A stretch of DNA of 64,000 nucleotides from an uncultured Dehalococcoidia bacterium. Lineage in GTDB: Bacteria > Chloroflexota > Dehalococcoidia > Lucifugimonadales > UBA3495. Positions 1-8,826 of the stretch are shown here, one piece after another. The notes beneath the pieces were generated by a model, which was not told the DNA's origin, searched no databases, and saw only the letters and a program-made list of their open reading frames with translations. The DNA lies in the NCBI GenBank assembly GCA_958296445.1, contig OY282565.1, positions 2,589,570-2,653,569 of the forward strand, in the 5' to 3' direction. The translations under genes and the position numbers were made by a program. Each line of letters starts with the position of its first letter. Within the stretch, counting starts at the first letter, position 1.

Positions 1-559
1 CGTAGGCCGGGATGTCGGTGGCGTCTACCGCCAGAATCGCGCCCAGTGCGGGGGCTCCGGCGGGGATTACACCGGATTTCCGCAACTCTTCTATTTCAAC
101 AGCGCACTCCTCGAACACTGCCGCCATGATCGGATTCAGATCCTCCTGATGCGGAGCAAGCCGGTGGTTCTTGAACCGGCTGAAGGCAACCTCCGAGGGT
201 ACGCGGCTCAGGCCGCACAGCTTCAGCAGGCGCGGGTCATTGCTAACCCGTTCGAGGAACTGGTTAGCGTAGCGCTCGTTGAGGAAGTACTTCAAGATGT
301 GAAGCCGCAACATCTGCCGCGCCGGATACCTGGGATTGCCGCCTGTTTTGTGAGAACTGTCCAGCTTCGCAGCCAGCTCTCTGGAGCAGGCTGAGAAACA
401 GTCCAGAACGTCTTTCAGGAAGCGATAGCCGCTGTTAGAGACTTGCGCGGCAAGCCCGGGTAAATTACTATTCCGGCGCGCCACTGGGAAGCGTCCCTTC
501 CGGGTGAGTGCAGGAGCCGCCGGAGATCGTACCTCTGGCGGCTCCCCTTTAGACAGCAC
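1..559 (-). CDS. IS transposase, N-terminal part (DUF772 / IS5-IS1182-like), truncated by the window edge
   Basis: Absent from the ORF track because it runs off the left edge. Manual minus-strand translation gives ...SHKTGGNPRYPARQMLRLHILKYFLNERYANQFLERVSNDPRLLKLCGLSRVPSEVAFSRFKN...GAILAVDATDIPAY. This is the InsH-N-terminal (DUF772) motif followed by what looks like the first DDE aspartate region. Start is uncertain (GTG at 559 or 484; no in-frame ATG upstream of 313). Confidence 0.65.
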   Translation of the reverse strand, partial: MLSKGEPPEVRSPAAPALTRKGRFPVARRNSNLPGLAAQVSNSGYRFLKDVLDCFSACSRELAAKLDSSHKTGGNPRYPARQMLRLHILKYFLNERYANQFLERVSNDPRLLKLCGLSRVPSEVAFSRFKNHRLAPHQEDLNPIMAAVFEECAVEIEELRKSGVIPAGAPALGAILAVDATDIPAY

Positions 560-745
560 AAATGTACTATCTTTCGCGGCGAATTGCAACTGCCAAGTGT
601 CAGTCGAGGGGCCGTGATTTCTATTTTTCCGGGAGTGATTCTTTTGAGTTAAGGTTTGAGACGTAGGAATTTCAGGTATCCGGGATGATTGGGCTTACCG
701 GGGGCCGGGATTGTCCGGTGCGGTCTTGAGGGGCGGATACCTGAA

Positions 746-845
746 GCGGTGCCTGTGGCCGTTGCTTGTAGCGGTGCCTGGGGCTGTTGCTTGTGGTGGT
801 GCCTGGGGCTGTTGCTTGTGGTGGTGCCTGGGGCTGTTGCTTGTA
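746..845. repeat. 25-bp tandem repeat, 4 copies
   Basis: GGTGCCTG recurs at 748, 773, 798 and 823. The unit is approximately GCGGTGCCTGGGGCTGTTGCTTGTR. The period is not a multiple of 3 and the array lies upstream of the transposase start inside the putative IS. Confidence 0.85.
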
Positions 846-1402
846 GCGGTAAACCAGAGCGGTTCAAGGCCGGGGCGGTGGTTCCTGCCTGGTAGCACCT
901 GCATTTTACCGCTACCGGATGATGATATTCAAATAGCTGACGGCGTAGGTAAAGATGGGGGTTCCGGCGCAGTTTGCGCCGGGCCATGCCATCCCTGCTC
1001 AGAGTTGGCATTTATGCTACGAATTTCGCAAACCTGCTCTGTATGCGAAATCAGGCAGCCCGGCGGCTGGATTCGTCTTCGTCGCGAGTAGCGGAATTTT
1101 CTCTCCCCGGGCAACCCCCTTTGCCACCCTGAACACCCTCTACTATCCTGGGCAACCCTGGGCAACCTCTTTTGCCACCCTGAACACCCTCTACTATCCT
1201 GGGCAACTCCCTTTGTCACCCTGAGCAAAGCGAAGGGTCTCACCGCCCAAGCCGGAATTCTTCGCTTTGCTCAAAACGTCGGCGCTGAACAGCCAGCCGA
1301 GTAATTTCGCAATTTCTCTGGTTCCCCCCGCGCCTTCCCCCCAACACCCATCCAGGCTATAATCCCCGCAAACAAAACCACCCCAGCCCCGCGAGGCCAC
1401 CT

Positions 1403-2146
1403 ATGACCACCAGAACCTTCCCCGTAAGCCAGTCAGTACGCCGCACCCCCCACCCTTTCCCCGACCCACCGCCAAAGGAAGACCTGAACGACTACCTCTT
1501 TCTAACCGAACCGGGCTACGCACGCGCTCTGGTAAGGCATTACGGCAACCGCGACACCACCGCCGTTATGGCCGGTATCTACGTCTCCCAAACCCAGACA
1601 GAGCTGCTCTATCCCGACCTGCTCATAGCTTTCGATATTGACCGCGAAGCCATCATAGCCCGCAAAGGATTCGTCATTGACGAACAAGGCAAGCCCCCCG
1701 ATTTCGTGCTGGAAATAGGTTCGGACGCCACGGGAGACCGGGATGTAATAGACAAGCGTGCCGGATACGCCAACCTAGGCATCCCGGAATACTGGCGGTT
1801 CGACCCCTCCGGCGGCCTGTATCACCGGGGCGCGGCCCTAGCCGGCGACCGCCTAGTAAACGCCCAATACGAACCCATCCCCATCCACCAAACCGACGAC
1901 GGAAACCACCAAGGCTACAGCCCCGCCCTAAACCTAGAACTCCGCTGGGAAAACGGCCAACTCCTATGGTACAACCCAACAGCCCAACGCTACCTGCTCA
2001 ACCTAGACGAAGAAGGCGACGCCCGAATCGCCGCCGAAACCCAGCGCGACATCGCCCAAGCCCAACTCCACACCGCCCAAGCCCGCATCCGCATCCGCCA
2101 ACTCGAAGAACAGCTACGCCGCCACCAAAACCCCAACCCGCCATAA
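1403..2146 (+). CDS. Uma2 family (DUF820) restriction-endonuclease-like protein
   Basis: 247 aa with ...YPDLLIAFDIDRE...KPPDFVLEIGSDATGDRDVIDKRAGYANLGIPEYWRFDPSG..., the PD-(D/E)xK core pattern typical of Uma2/DUF820 proteins. GAGG lies 8 nt before the ATG. Confidence 0.85.
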   Translation: MTTRTFPVSQSVRRTPHPFPDPPPKEDLNDYLFLTEPGYARALVRHYGNRDTTAVMAGIYVSQTQTELLYPDLLIAFDIDREAIIARKGFVIDEQGKPPDFVLEIGSDATGDRDVIDKRAGYANLGIPEYWRFDPSGGLYHRGAALAGDRLVNAQYEPIPIHQTDDGNHQGYSPALNLELRWENGQLLWYNPTAQRYLLNLDEEGDARIAAETQRDIAQAQLHTAQARIRIRQLEEQLRRHQNPNPP

Positions 2147-2237
2147 CCCAAATAGAAACGCCGAGCATCTATCCGCCAATGATATAATCAAAACCAAAGC
2201 CCCGCCCCCCCGAATCCCCACCCCCCCGGAGGCCGCC

Positions 2238-3467
2238 ATGCAACCCCTAGCCGGTATCCGCGTCCTAAGCGTAACCGTCTACCTAGCCGGCCCCTTCGCC
2301 GCCATGAACCTAGCCCGACTAGGCGCCGAAGTCATCAAAATCGAAATCCCCGGCCGCGGCGACCCGGTGCGCGGCAACGGCCCCTTCGCCGGCCCCGAAG
2401 GCACCCACCCCCGCAGCAACTCCAACGACGACCTGTCAACCCGATTCCTCAAACGCACCCAAGGCGTCAAAAGCGTCACCCTAGACCTGAAACACCCCCA
2501 AGGCAAAGACCTTTTCCTCCAACTCGCCCAAAAAAGCGACGTAGTCCTAGAAAACCTAGCCCCCGGCTCCCTCCGCCGCGCCGGGCTAGGCTACGAAGCA
2601 GTCGCCGCCGTCAACCCCGCCATCGTCTACGCCTCCATTTCCGGCTACGGACAGACCGGCCCCTACAAAGACAAACCCGCCCACGACCCCCAGATTCAAG
2701 GCATGAGCGGCCTTATGGACATCAACGGCGACGCCGACGGCCCCCCCGTCAAAGTAGGCTTCTACATCGGCGACCTAGTAACCCCAATGTTCGCCTGCTA
2801 CTCCATCCTCGCCGCCCTCCGCGAAAAAGACCGCACCGGCCAAGGCCAGTACCTAGACGTCTCTATGATGGACACCCTAGTATCCCTGATGTTTATGGAA
2901 AACCTAGAAGAAAGCATCGAAGCCGGCCTCCCCCTGCGCACCGGCAACATCAGCCGCAGCGGCCCCACCGGACTCTACGCCGCCATCGGCGGCGACATCT
3001 CCATCACCGTCACCAGCGACGACCAGTGGCGCCGCATGAGCAACGCCCTCCAATCCCCCGAACTCCTCCAAGACCCCCGCTTCGACACCTACGTAAGCCG
3101 CACCGACAACGTAGAAGCTGCCCGCCAAGAAATCCAAAACCGCATCGGCCTTATGACCATCGAGGCCGCCCTAGAACGCCTAGAAAGCCACGACGTCCCC
3201 TGCGCCCCGGTTCGCACCGCCGAACAGGTAATGAACGACCCCCACTTCTGGGAACGCGGCAGCCTAGCCCCAATGCGCCACTCCGCAATGCCCGAGCCGG
3301 TAGCCGGAGCCATAGCCGCCGGCTTCCCCGTCCGCTTCTCCGGCGGCGAACTCCCCCCGCTACCCGGCGCCCCAACCCTAGGAATGCACAACAACGAAAT
3401 CCTATCCGGCATCCTCGGCCTAACCAGCACCCAACTAGCCGAACTATCAACCCAAGGCGTAATATAA
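2238..3467 (+). CDS. CaiB/BaiF family (class III) CoA-transferase, paralog 1
   Basis: 409 aa. N-terminus LAGIRVLSVTVYLAGPFAAMNLARLGAEVIKIEIPGRGDPVRG and ...ENLAPGSLRRAGLGYEAVAAVNPAIVYASISGYGQTGPY... are hallmark family III motifs. GGAGG RBS 7 nt upstream. Confidence 0.9.
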   Translation: MQPLAGIRVLSVTVYLAGPFAAMNLARLGAEVIKIEIPGRGDPVRGNGPFAGPEGTHPRSNSNDDLSTRFLKRTQGVKSVTLDLKHPQGKDLFLQLAQKSDVVLENLAPGSLRRAGLGYEAVAAVNPAIVYASISGYGQTGPYKDKPAHDPQIQGMSGLMDINGDADGPPVKVGFYIGDLVTPMFACYSILAALREKDRTGQGQYLDVSMMDTLVSLMFMENLEESIEAGLPLRTGNISRSGPTGLYAAIGGDISITVTSDDQWRRMSNALQSPELLQDPRFDTYVSRTDNVEAARQEIQNRIGLMTIEAALERLESHDVPCAPVRTAEQVMNDPHFWERGSLAPMRHSAMPEPVAGAIAAGFPVRFSGGELPPLPGAPTLGMHNNEILSGILGLTSTQLAELSTQGVI

Positions 3468-3651
3468 GCGTCACCCCCGCCACGCACCGCCCACCCAGCC
3501 ACTCCGCCCGCACCTTACCATCCCAACACACCCCGTCATTCCCGCCCGGCACACCCCGCCATCCCGCCCCACCCCGTCATTCCCGCGAAAGCGGGAATCC
3601 AGAAGCACACAGCAAGCATCCAACTTTCCCGAAAGCAAGGGCCTTATGGAT

Positions 3652-3790
3652 GAGAAAATTGCGAAATTACTTCCGCCGCCTGTAACCCTGAGCAAGCCGT
3701 CTGTCATTCTGAGCAAAGCGAAGAATCTCACCTTGGGCGGTGAGACCTTTCCCTTAGCTCAGGGTGCCAAAAGGAAATTTCGCAATTTCC
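3652..3790 (+). repeat. complete copy of MITE-like hairpin repeat, family A
   Basis: Left end GAAAATTGCGAAATT (3654-3668) is the inverted complement of right end GAAATTTCGCAATTTC (3774-3789). The interior is CTGTCATTCTGAGCAAAGCGAAGAATCTCACC-TTGGGC-GGTGAGACCTTTCCCTTAGCTCAG, an imperfect long hairpin. About 30 cores of this family occur in the window. Confidence 0.8.
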
Positions 3791-3876
3791 CCTACGGATT
3801 TCCCCCCTTTCAAGGTAATATCGGAATAAAATTCGGAAACCCCAAAACCCAATCCTTAACCCACGGAGAACCACCC

Positions 3877-4779
3877 GTGAAATTCAAGGCCAAACCCATC
3901 CGCACCGAACTATTCGTCCCCGGCAACAAAGAAGACTGGATGCGCAAAGCCCCCCGCTACCGGGCCGACGCCCTGATTCTAGACCTAGAAGACTCCGTCC
4001 CCCCGGAGCAGAAACCCGCCGCCCGCCAGTCCGTAGCCCAAATGGTGCCGGAACTAGGCGAAGCCAACCAGACCATCGTAGTCCGGGTCAACCGCCTAGA
4101 AACCGGACTCACCGGCAACGACCTAGAAGCCATCGTAGGCCCCCATCTCTACTGCGTCCTGCTCCCCAAAGTAGAGGGCCCCGCCGACGTGGTCGAAGTG
4201 GACACCCTCCTGCGCCACTTCGAGCGCGAAAAAGGGCTGGAAATAGGCCGCATATTCATAGACCCCGCCCTAGAAACCGCCTCCGGCATCCGCCAATCTT
4301 GGGAAATCGCCAACGCCTCCCCCCGCGTCGCCCACATGGGCGCCAGCGGCGGCAAAGGGGGCGACACCGCCCGCTCCATAGGTTTCCAATGGACCCCCCA
4401 GGGCATAGAAACCCTGTTCCTGCGCTCCAAAGTCCTCGTAGACGTCCGCGCCGCCGGCATCCCCTACCCAATGAGCGGCGGCTGGATGGACATTCACGAC
4501 CTAGACGGACTCCAAGCCTCCGCCCGCCAGGCCAAACAGTTAGGCTACACCGGAATGCACCTGATCCACCCCTCCCACGTCCCCGTAGTAAACCGAGTAT
4601 TCACCCCCACCGCCGAAGAAGTAGCCCACTACCAAGGACTCATCGAAGCAATGGAAACCCGCCGTTCCGAAGGCGGCGCAGCCGTAACCTTCGGCGGCGA
4701 TATGGTAGACATAGCCCACGAAGAAACCGCCCGAGAAATGCTCGCAATAGCCCGCGAAATGGGAGTAGAAGGCGCATGA
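3877..4779 (+). CDS. HpcH/HpaI aldolase / citrate lyase beta-subunit-like (CitE family) acyl-CoA lyase
   Basis: Track ORF 3646..4779, but its first 77 codons are translated family A repeat (VILSKAKNLTLGGETFPLAQG). An in-frame GTG at 3877 is preceded by GGAGA. Product VKFKAKPIRTELFVPGNKEDWMRKAPRYRADALILDLEDSVPPEQK... carries the typical CitE/malyl-CoA lyase N-terminal motif. Confidence 0.85.
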   Translation: MKFKAKPIRTELFVPGNKEDWMRKAPRYRADALILDLEDSVPPEQKPAARQSVAQMVPELGEANQTIVVRVNRLETGLTGNDLEAIVGPHLYCVLLPKVEGPADVVEVDTLLRHFEREKGLEIGRIFIDPALETASGIRQSWEIANASPRVAHMGASGGKGGDTARSIGFQWTPQGIETLFLRSKVLVDVRAAGIPYPMSGGWMDIHDLDGLQASARQAKQLGYTGMHLIHPSHVPVVNRVFTPTAEEVAHYQGLIEAMETRRSEGGAAVTFGGDMVDIAHEETAREMLAIAREMGVEGA

Positions 4780-4839
4780 CTAATTCTTAATTGTTTCCAT
4801 ACCAGTTCGGAGAGTCAGTATTTTCAGAGGGAGGATACC

Positions 4840-5319
4840 ATGCCACTTAATGACGTGGTGGATGCCATTCGACACGCCAGGATGATTATAAGGGATCACC
4901 GGGAAAGTGTCCTCACAAGCGAAACATCCACCCGGTACGCCATTATCGACCCTATCCTACGGGCGTTAGGTTGGCAAATTCACAACCCAAGGCAGTGTGA
5001 AGTCTCGTACCAGATCGGACAACAAGGCTTTGTAGATTACGCTCTGTTCAACAGAAATGGGGAGCCGATCGTACTGATAGAGGCCAAAAACCTGGGGATT
5101 AACCCAGTTAATAACGAGGAGCAACTATCCAATTATGCATCAGGGATGCGCAGTGGACTAGCTGTCCTGACCAATGGGCAGGCGTGGCTTTTGTATAACA
5201 TGAGCAAGCGCGGCGCGTTTGGCAACAAATACGCTGACACGGTGGATATTTACGAAGGTGATCGCAGACAAGCCGCGCAGAGGCTGAATCGATGGCTTCG
5301 GAAACTTACATGGTGGTGA
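4840..5319 (+). CDS. HsdR-N-terminal-domain-like (type I restriction enzyme R N-terminus-like) stand-alone protein
   Basis: 159 aa. ...SETSTRYAIIDPILRALGW...GFVDYALFNRNGEPIVLIEAKNLG... resembles the HSDR_N / PD-(D/E)xK-like module. GGGAGGA RBS. Base composition is clearly different from the neighbours (see findings). Confidence 0.6.
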   Translation: MPLNDVVDAIRHARMIIRDHRESVLTSETSTRYAIIDPILRALGWQIHNPRQCEVSYQIGQQGFVDYALFNRNGEPIVLIEAKNLGINPVNNEEQLSNYASGMRSGLAVLTNGQAWLLYNMSKRGAFGNKYADTVDIYEGDRRQAAQRLNRWLRKLTWW

Positions 5320-5329
5320 ATCCCAGCCC

Positions 5330-6208
5330 ATGAAAGAAAGTATGAATGAAGTACCTGGGGCTGACATTTCGCGCTGGCTCCCAATACAAGGCTGCGTAAA
5401 CTTCCGCGACCTAGGCGGCTACCCCAACCGCCAAGGCCAAACCGTCCGCTGGCGCCGCCTATACCGCAGCGACGCCCTACAGGACTTAACCCCCCAAGAC
5501 GCCGCCTACGCCACCCAAGACCTCGACATCGGCCTAATAGTAGACCTACGCAACTCCGACGAAGCCCAGCGCGACGGAATCGGCCCCCTGCCCCAACAAG
5601 GCGCAAAATACCAACACTTCCCCCTACTGCAAGAACGCGGATTCCCCCCCTTCACCGGCAGCGACGTAGTAGAACGCCTGTCATCCACCTACCTATGGCT
5701 GCTACACAACTCCGGCCCCCGCATAGCCAACGCCATAACCGCCATAGCCAACTCCCTAAACCCCAACCACGCCCAAGAACCAACCGCCCCAGACTCCGCC
5801 AACCCCAACCCCAACCCCGACCCGGCCCAAGAACCAACCGCCGCAACCCCCGCCGCCGCCAACCCCAACCCAGCCCAACGACGCGCCGTAGTATTCCATT
5901 GCAGCGCCGGCAAAGACCGCACCGGCCTACTAGCCGCCCTAATCCTAGAAATCCTAGACGTCGACCCCCAAACCATCACCGCCGACTACCTACTAACCAA
6001 CCAAGCAGTAGACGGAATCCTGCGCCGCATCCAGGCAATGCAACCCAACGCCAACCCCACCACCCAATCCCTAGCCGCCCAACCCGCCGCCTTCCAAGCC
6101 TTCCAAAACACCCTGCGCCAGCAATACAACAACGCCGAATCCTACCTACAACACCACGGCGCAACCCCCCAAACCCTCCAAACCCTACGCCGCAACCTAC
6201 TAGAGTAG
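5330..6208 (+). CDS. tyrosine-protein phosphatase family protein (Y_phosphatase3-like)
   Basis: 292 aa with VNFRDLGGY...RLYRSDAL near the N-terminus and the CX5R active-site loop VVFHCSAGKDRTG. It contains an internal P/N/A/T-rich insert (nt about 5755-5885). Confidence 0.8.
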   Translation: MKESMNEVPGADISRWLPIQGCVNFRDLGGYPNRQGQTVRWRRLYRSDALQDLTPQDAAYATQDLDIGLIVDLRNSDEAQRDGIGPLPQQGAKYQHFPLLQERGFPPFTGSDVVERLSSTYLWLLHNSGPRIANAITAIANSLNPNHAQEPTAPDSANPNPNPDPAQEPTAATPAAANPNPAQRRAVVFHCSAGKDRTGLLAALILEILDVDPQTITADYLLTNQAVDGILRRIQAMQPNANPTTQSLAAQPAAFQAFQNTLRQQYNNAESYLQHHGATPQTLQTLRRNLLE

Positions 6209-6301
6209 CCCAACAAAACAAAAACATATAAAATCTCGGCGCCCTCTGCGCGTACTCTGCGCCCTCTGCGTTAAAAAATCTCCAATGCCGGAAACGACAA
6301 T

Positions 6302-7069
6302 ATGCCCAACTACATCCTAGTCCACGGCTCCGCCCACGGCTCCTGGTGCTGGCAGCGAATAACCCCCCTGCTCCAGCAACAAGGCCACACCGTAACCCCC
6401 GTTGACCTCCCCGGCAACGGACACGACGACACCCCCCTAGCCCAAGTAACCCTAGACACCTACGCCCAACACCTGTGCCGCATACTCGACGCCCACGACA
6501 ACCCCTCCATCCTAGTAGGCCACAGCCTAGGCGGCCTGTCCATCAGCCGCGCCGCCGAACTCCGCCCCCACAAAGTAGCGGTTCTAGTCTACCTAACCGC
6601 CCTGCTACTAGAAGCCAACGGCGCATTCGTCCCTACCCAATCCGCCAACCCCGACCAAGTGCGCCAAGCCCTAGAAACCCGCCCCGGTTGGAACATAGCC
6701 GACGACCTAACCTACGTAACCTACAAACCCGAACTAGCCCCCCATCGCTTCTACAACGACTGCTCCCCCGCCGACACAGCCTGGGCCCAATCAATGCTAG
6801 TCCCCCAGCCCGTAGGCCCCCTGATTTCCCCCCTGACCATCACCAACGACAACTACGGGCGCGTCCCCCGCGTATACATAGAATGTGCCCATGACAACGC
6901 CGTAACCCCGGAACGCGCCCGCGAAATGTACACCGCCCTACCTTGCGCCCAAATCATAACCATGCAAACCGGCCACTCCCCCTTCCTGTCCGCCCCCAAC
7001 CAACTAGCCCGCCACCTAAACACCCTATCCCCCTACGCCACCCCGGCGGCGGAAAGCAGGCCACTATGA
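6302..7069 (+). CDS. alpha/beta hydrolase (methylesterase/SABP2-like)
   Basis: 255 aa. ILVHGSAHGSWCWQRI... and the nucleophile elbow LVGHSLGG. The stop overlaps the next start (ATGA at 7066-7069). Confidence 0.85.
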   Translation: MPNYILVHGSAHGSWCWQRITPLLQQQGHTVTPVDLPGNGHDDTPLAQVTLDTYAQHLCRILDAHDNPSILVGHSLGGLSISRAAELRPHKVAVLVYLTALLLEANGAFVPTQSANPDQVRQALETRPGWNIADDLTYVTYKPELAPHRFYNDCSPADTAWAQSMLVPQPVGPLISPLTITNDNYGRVPRVYIECAHDNAVTPERAREMYTALPCAQIITMQTGHSPFLSAPNQLARHLNTLSPYATPAAESRPL

Positions 7070-8397
7070 CCTACGGACTCCTAAACGGCCTCCGCGTCCT
7101 AGAGCTGGGCGAATTCATCTCCGCCCCCTACTGCGCCAAGCTGCTTGCCGATATGGGCGCCCAAGTCCTGAAAATCGAGCGCCCCACCGGCGACTGGGCC
7201 CGCGACTACGGCCCATACCCCAACGACCTCCCCCACCGGGAACACAGCGGAATGTTCCTCTACCTAAACGCCAACAAACGCGGCATCACCCTAAACCTAG
7301 ACACCCCCACCGGACGCGAAATTTTCGCCAACCTGCTATCCCGTTTCGACGTCCTAGTTCACAACATCCACCCCACCGAAATGGCCCGCATCGGCCTGGA
7401 CTACCAAACCCTGTGCCACGCCCCCCCGCCGTCCCGCCCCAAAGACGGGCTAATAATGGCCTCCATAACCCCCTTCGGCCTAACCGGCCCCTACCGCAAC
7501 TGGAAAGCCTACGACATCAACCTAGCCGCCGGCGGCGGCATCTGCGAAGGCTTAGGCAGCCCCGACCGCGAACCCCTAACCTTCGGCGCCCCCGAAGTAG
7601 GCTACTTCGCCGGCGCCGCCGCCGCCTCATCCATAATAATGGCCCTGCTCGCCAACCCAGACGGCGCCGAACAAGGCCAGCACATAGACATCGCCGAAAT
7701 CGAAACAATGGCCGGCCTCTACAACGGCCCCGAAGCGTTAATGGCCGTCTACCAATGGCGCGTCACCCGCCGCACCGGACATCACGCCCTAGACTTCCCC
7801 TACCCCAACTGCATCCTACGCTGCAAAGACGGCTACATATTCGTAGGCTCCCCCGAAGGCCGCCAATGGCGCCGCCTCCTAGAGCTGATGGGCAACCCCC
7901 AATGGGCCCAAGACCCCCGCTTCCGCAACCGAACCACAATAAACAACCAATACGCCGACGAAGCAGACGCCCACCTAGAGGAATGGCTGCAACAACACAC
8001 CAAAGCCCAACTCCTAGACCTAGCCCTACAACACCGCATCCCCCTAGCCCCCGTCCGCGGCTTCAACGAAGTCCGCAACGACCCCAGCCTAACCACCCAA
8101 TTCACCCAAACCCCCACCCCCAACGCCAACCCGGAAACCGCCAACCCCAACCTAACCTCCCAATCCGCCGAAACCGCCAACCCCATAACCATCCCCGGCC
8201 CGCCCTACCAACTATCAACCCCCACCCCCACCCACCCCGGCCCAGCCGAAGGCGATGCCCCATCCGAACACCCCGAAACCCCCAACCCACCCCAACCCGC
8301 CCCAACCCTAGGCCAACACAACACCGAAATCTACACCGCCGAACTAGGCTACACCCCCCAAGAAGTAGCCCAACTATACCGCGCCGGAATTATCTAA
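7066..8397 (+). CDS. CaiB/BaiF family CoA-transferase, paralog 2
   Basis: Track ORF 6943..8397. The homologous sequence begins at the in-frame ATG 7066: MTYGLLNGLRVLELGEFISAPYCAKLLADMGAQVLKIERPTGD. It carries a P/T/N-rich insert near the C-terminus (nt about 8098-8310) before the conserved ...APTLGQHN... motif. Confidence 0.9.
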   Translation: MTYGLLNGLRVLELGEFISAPYCAKLLADMGAQVLKIERPTGDWARDYGPYPNDLPHREHSGMFLYLNANKRGITLNLDTPTGREIFANLLSRFDVLVHNIHPTEMARIGLDYQTLCHAPPPSRPKDGLIMASITPFGLTGPYRNWKAYDINLAAGGGICEGLGSPDREPLTFGAPEVGYFAGAAAASSIIMALLANPDGAEQGQHIDIAEIETMAGLYNGPEALMAVYQWRVTRRTGHHALDFPYPNCILRCKDGYIFVGSPEGRQWRRLLELMGNPQWAQDPRFRNRTTINNQYADEADAHLEEWLQQHTKAQLLDLALQHRIPLAPVRGFNEVRNDPSLTTQFTQTPTPNANPETANPNLTSQSAETANPITIPGPPYQLSTPTPTHPGPAEGDAPSEHPETPNPPQPAPTLGQHNTEIYTAELGYTPQEVAQLYRAGII

Positions 8398-8826
8398 CCG
8401 ATTGCCCCTAACCGCCCGTCATTCTGAGCAAAGCGAAGAATCCCACCCTAAGCCGCCAAACCCTCCCCAACCCGTAGGGGCGCACAGCCGTGCGCCCCCC
8501 CAACGCAATCAACCACCCCCCTTATCCCCAACACCAAGGGCGCCAAAGCCGCCCACCACCCCAACCAAATATACGTCACCCTGAGCAACCCCCCTGTCAC
8601 CCTGAGCACCCCCCCTGTCATTCTGAGCAAAGCGAAGAATCCCACCTTGGGCCGCCAGACCCTTTCCCCTAGCCCAAAGTGTCAAAGGCCCAGGACAACA
8701 AAGCCACACGGCCCCAAAAAGAAATCCCCCAACCACCCCATTCCCCCTCAAACTAAGGTATACTAAACCCCCGCCAAAAAAACCAACGCCCCCGTCGGCC
8801 CCATCCCATCCCCGGAGGTCCCCCCA

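Larger units (their letters stand above)
1..1090 (-). mobile_element. end of an insertion sequence (transposase gene plus about 0.5 kb of upstream/terminal sequence); outer boundary approximate
   Basis: Transposase fragment at 1-559. Nt 1-1090 are G/C-balanced or G-rich on the + strand, unlike the C-rich flanks. Composition switches to host-like C-rich repeat sequence near 1090. The other IS end is outside the window, so no terminal inverted repeat could be confirmed. Confidence 0.4.

Noticed and set aside
149-394. ORF 149..394 (+), and ORFs 649..1243 on both strands
   Set aside because: The first is antisense to the clearly homologous transposase frame. The others run through the 25-bp satellite and IS terminal region, with repeat-driven composition and no RBS.
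3646-3876. N-terminal extensions of real genes in the ORF track (3646, 6943, 16177, 17710, 33736, 43311, 54000, and the 5' ends at 28218, 38451, 42460, 52149, 54068, 60295, 60896)
   Set aside because: The extensions translate interspersed repeats (for example VILSKAKNL, FFALLRMT, VGAHSRAP, GCPYGCVSR) or lack an RBS. Internal in-frame starts with good Shine-Dalgarno sequences coincide with the beginning of family homology.
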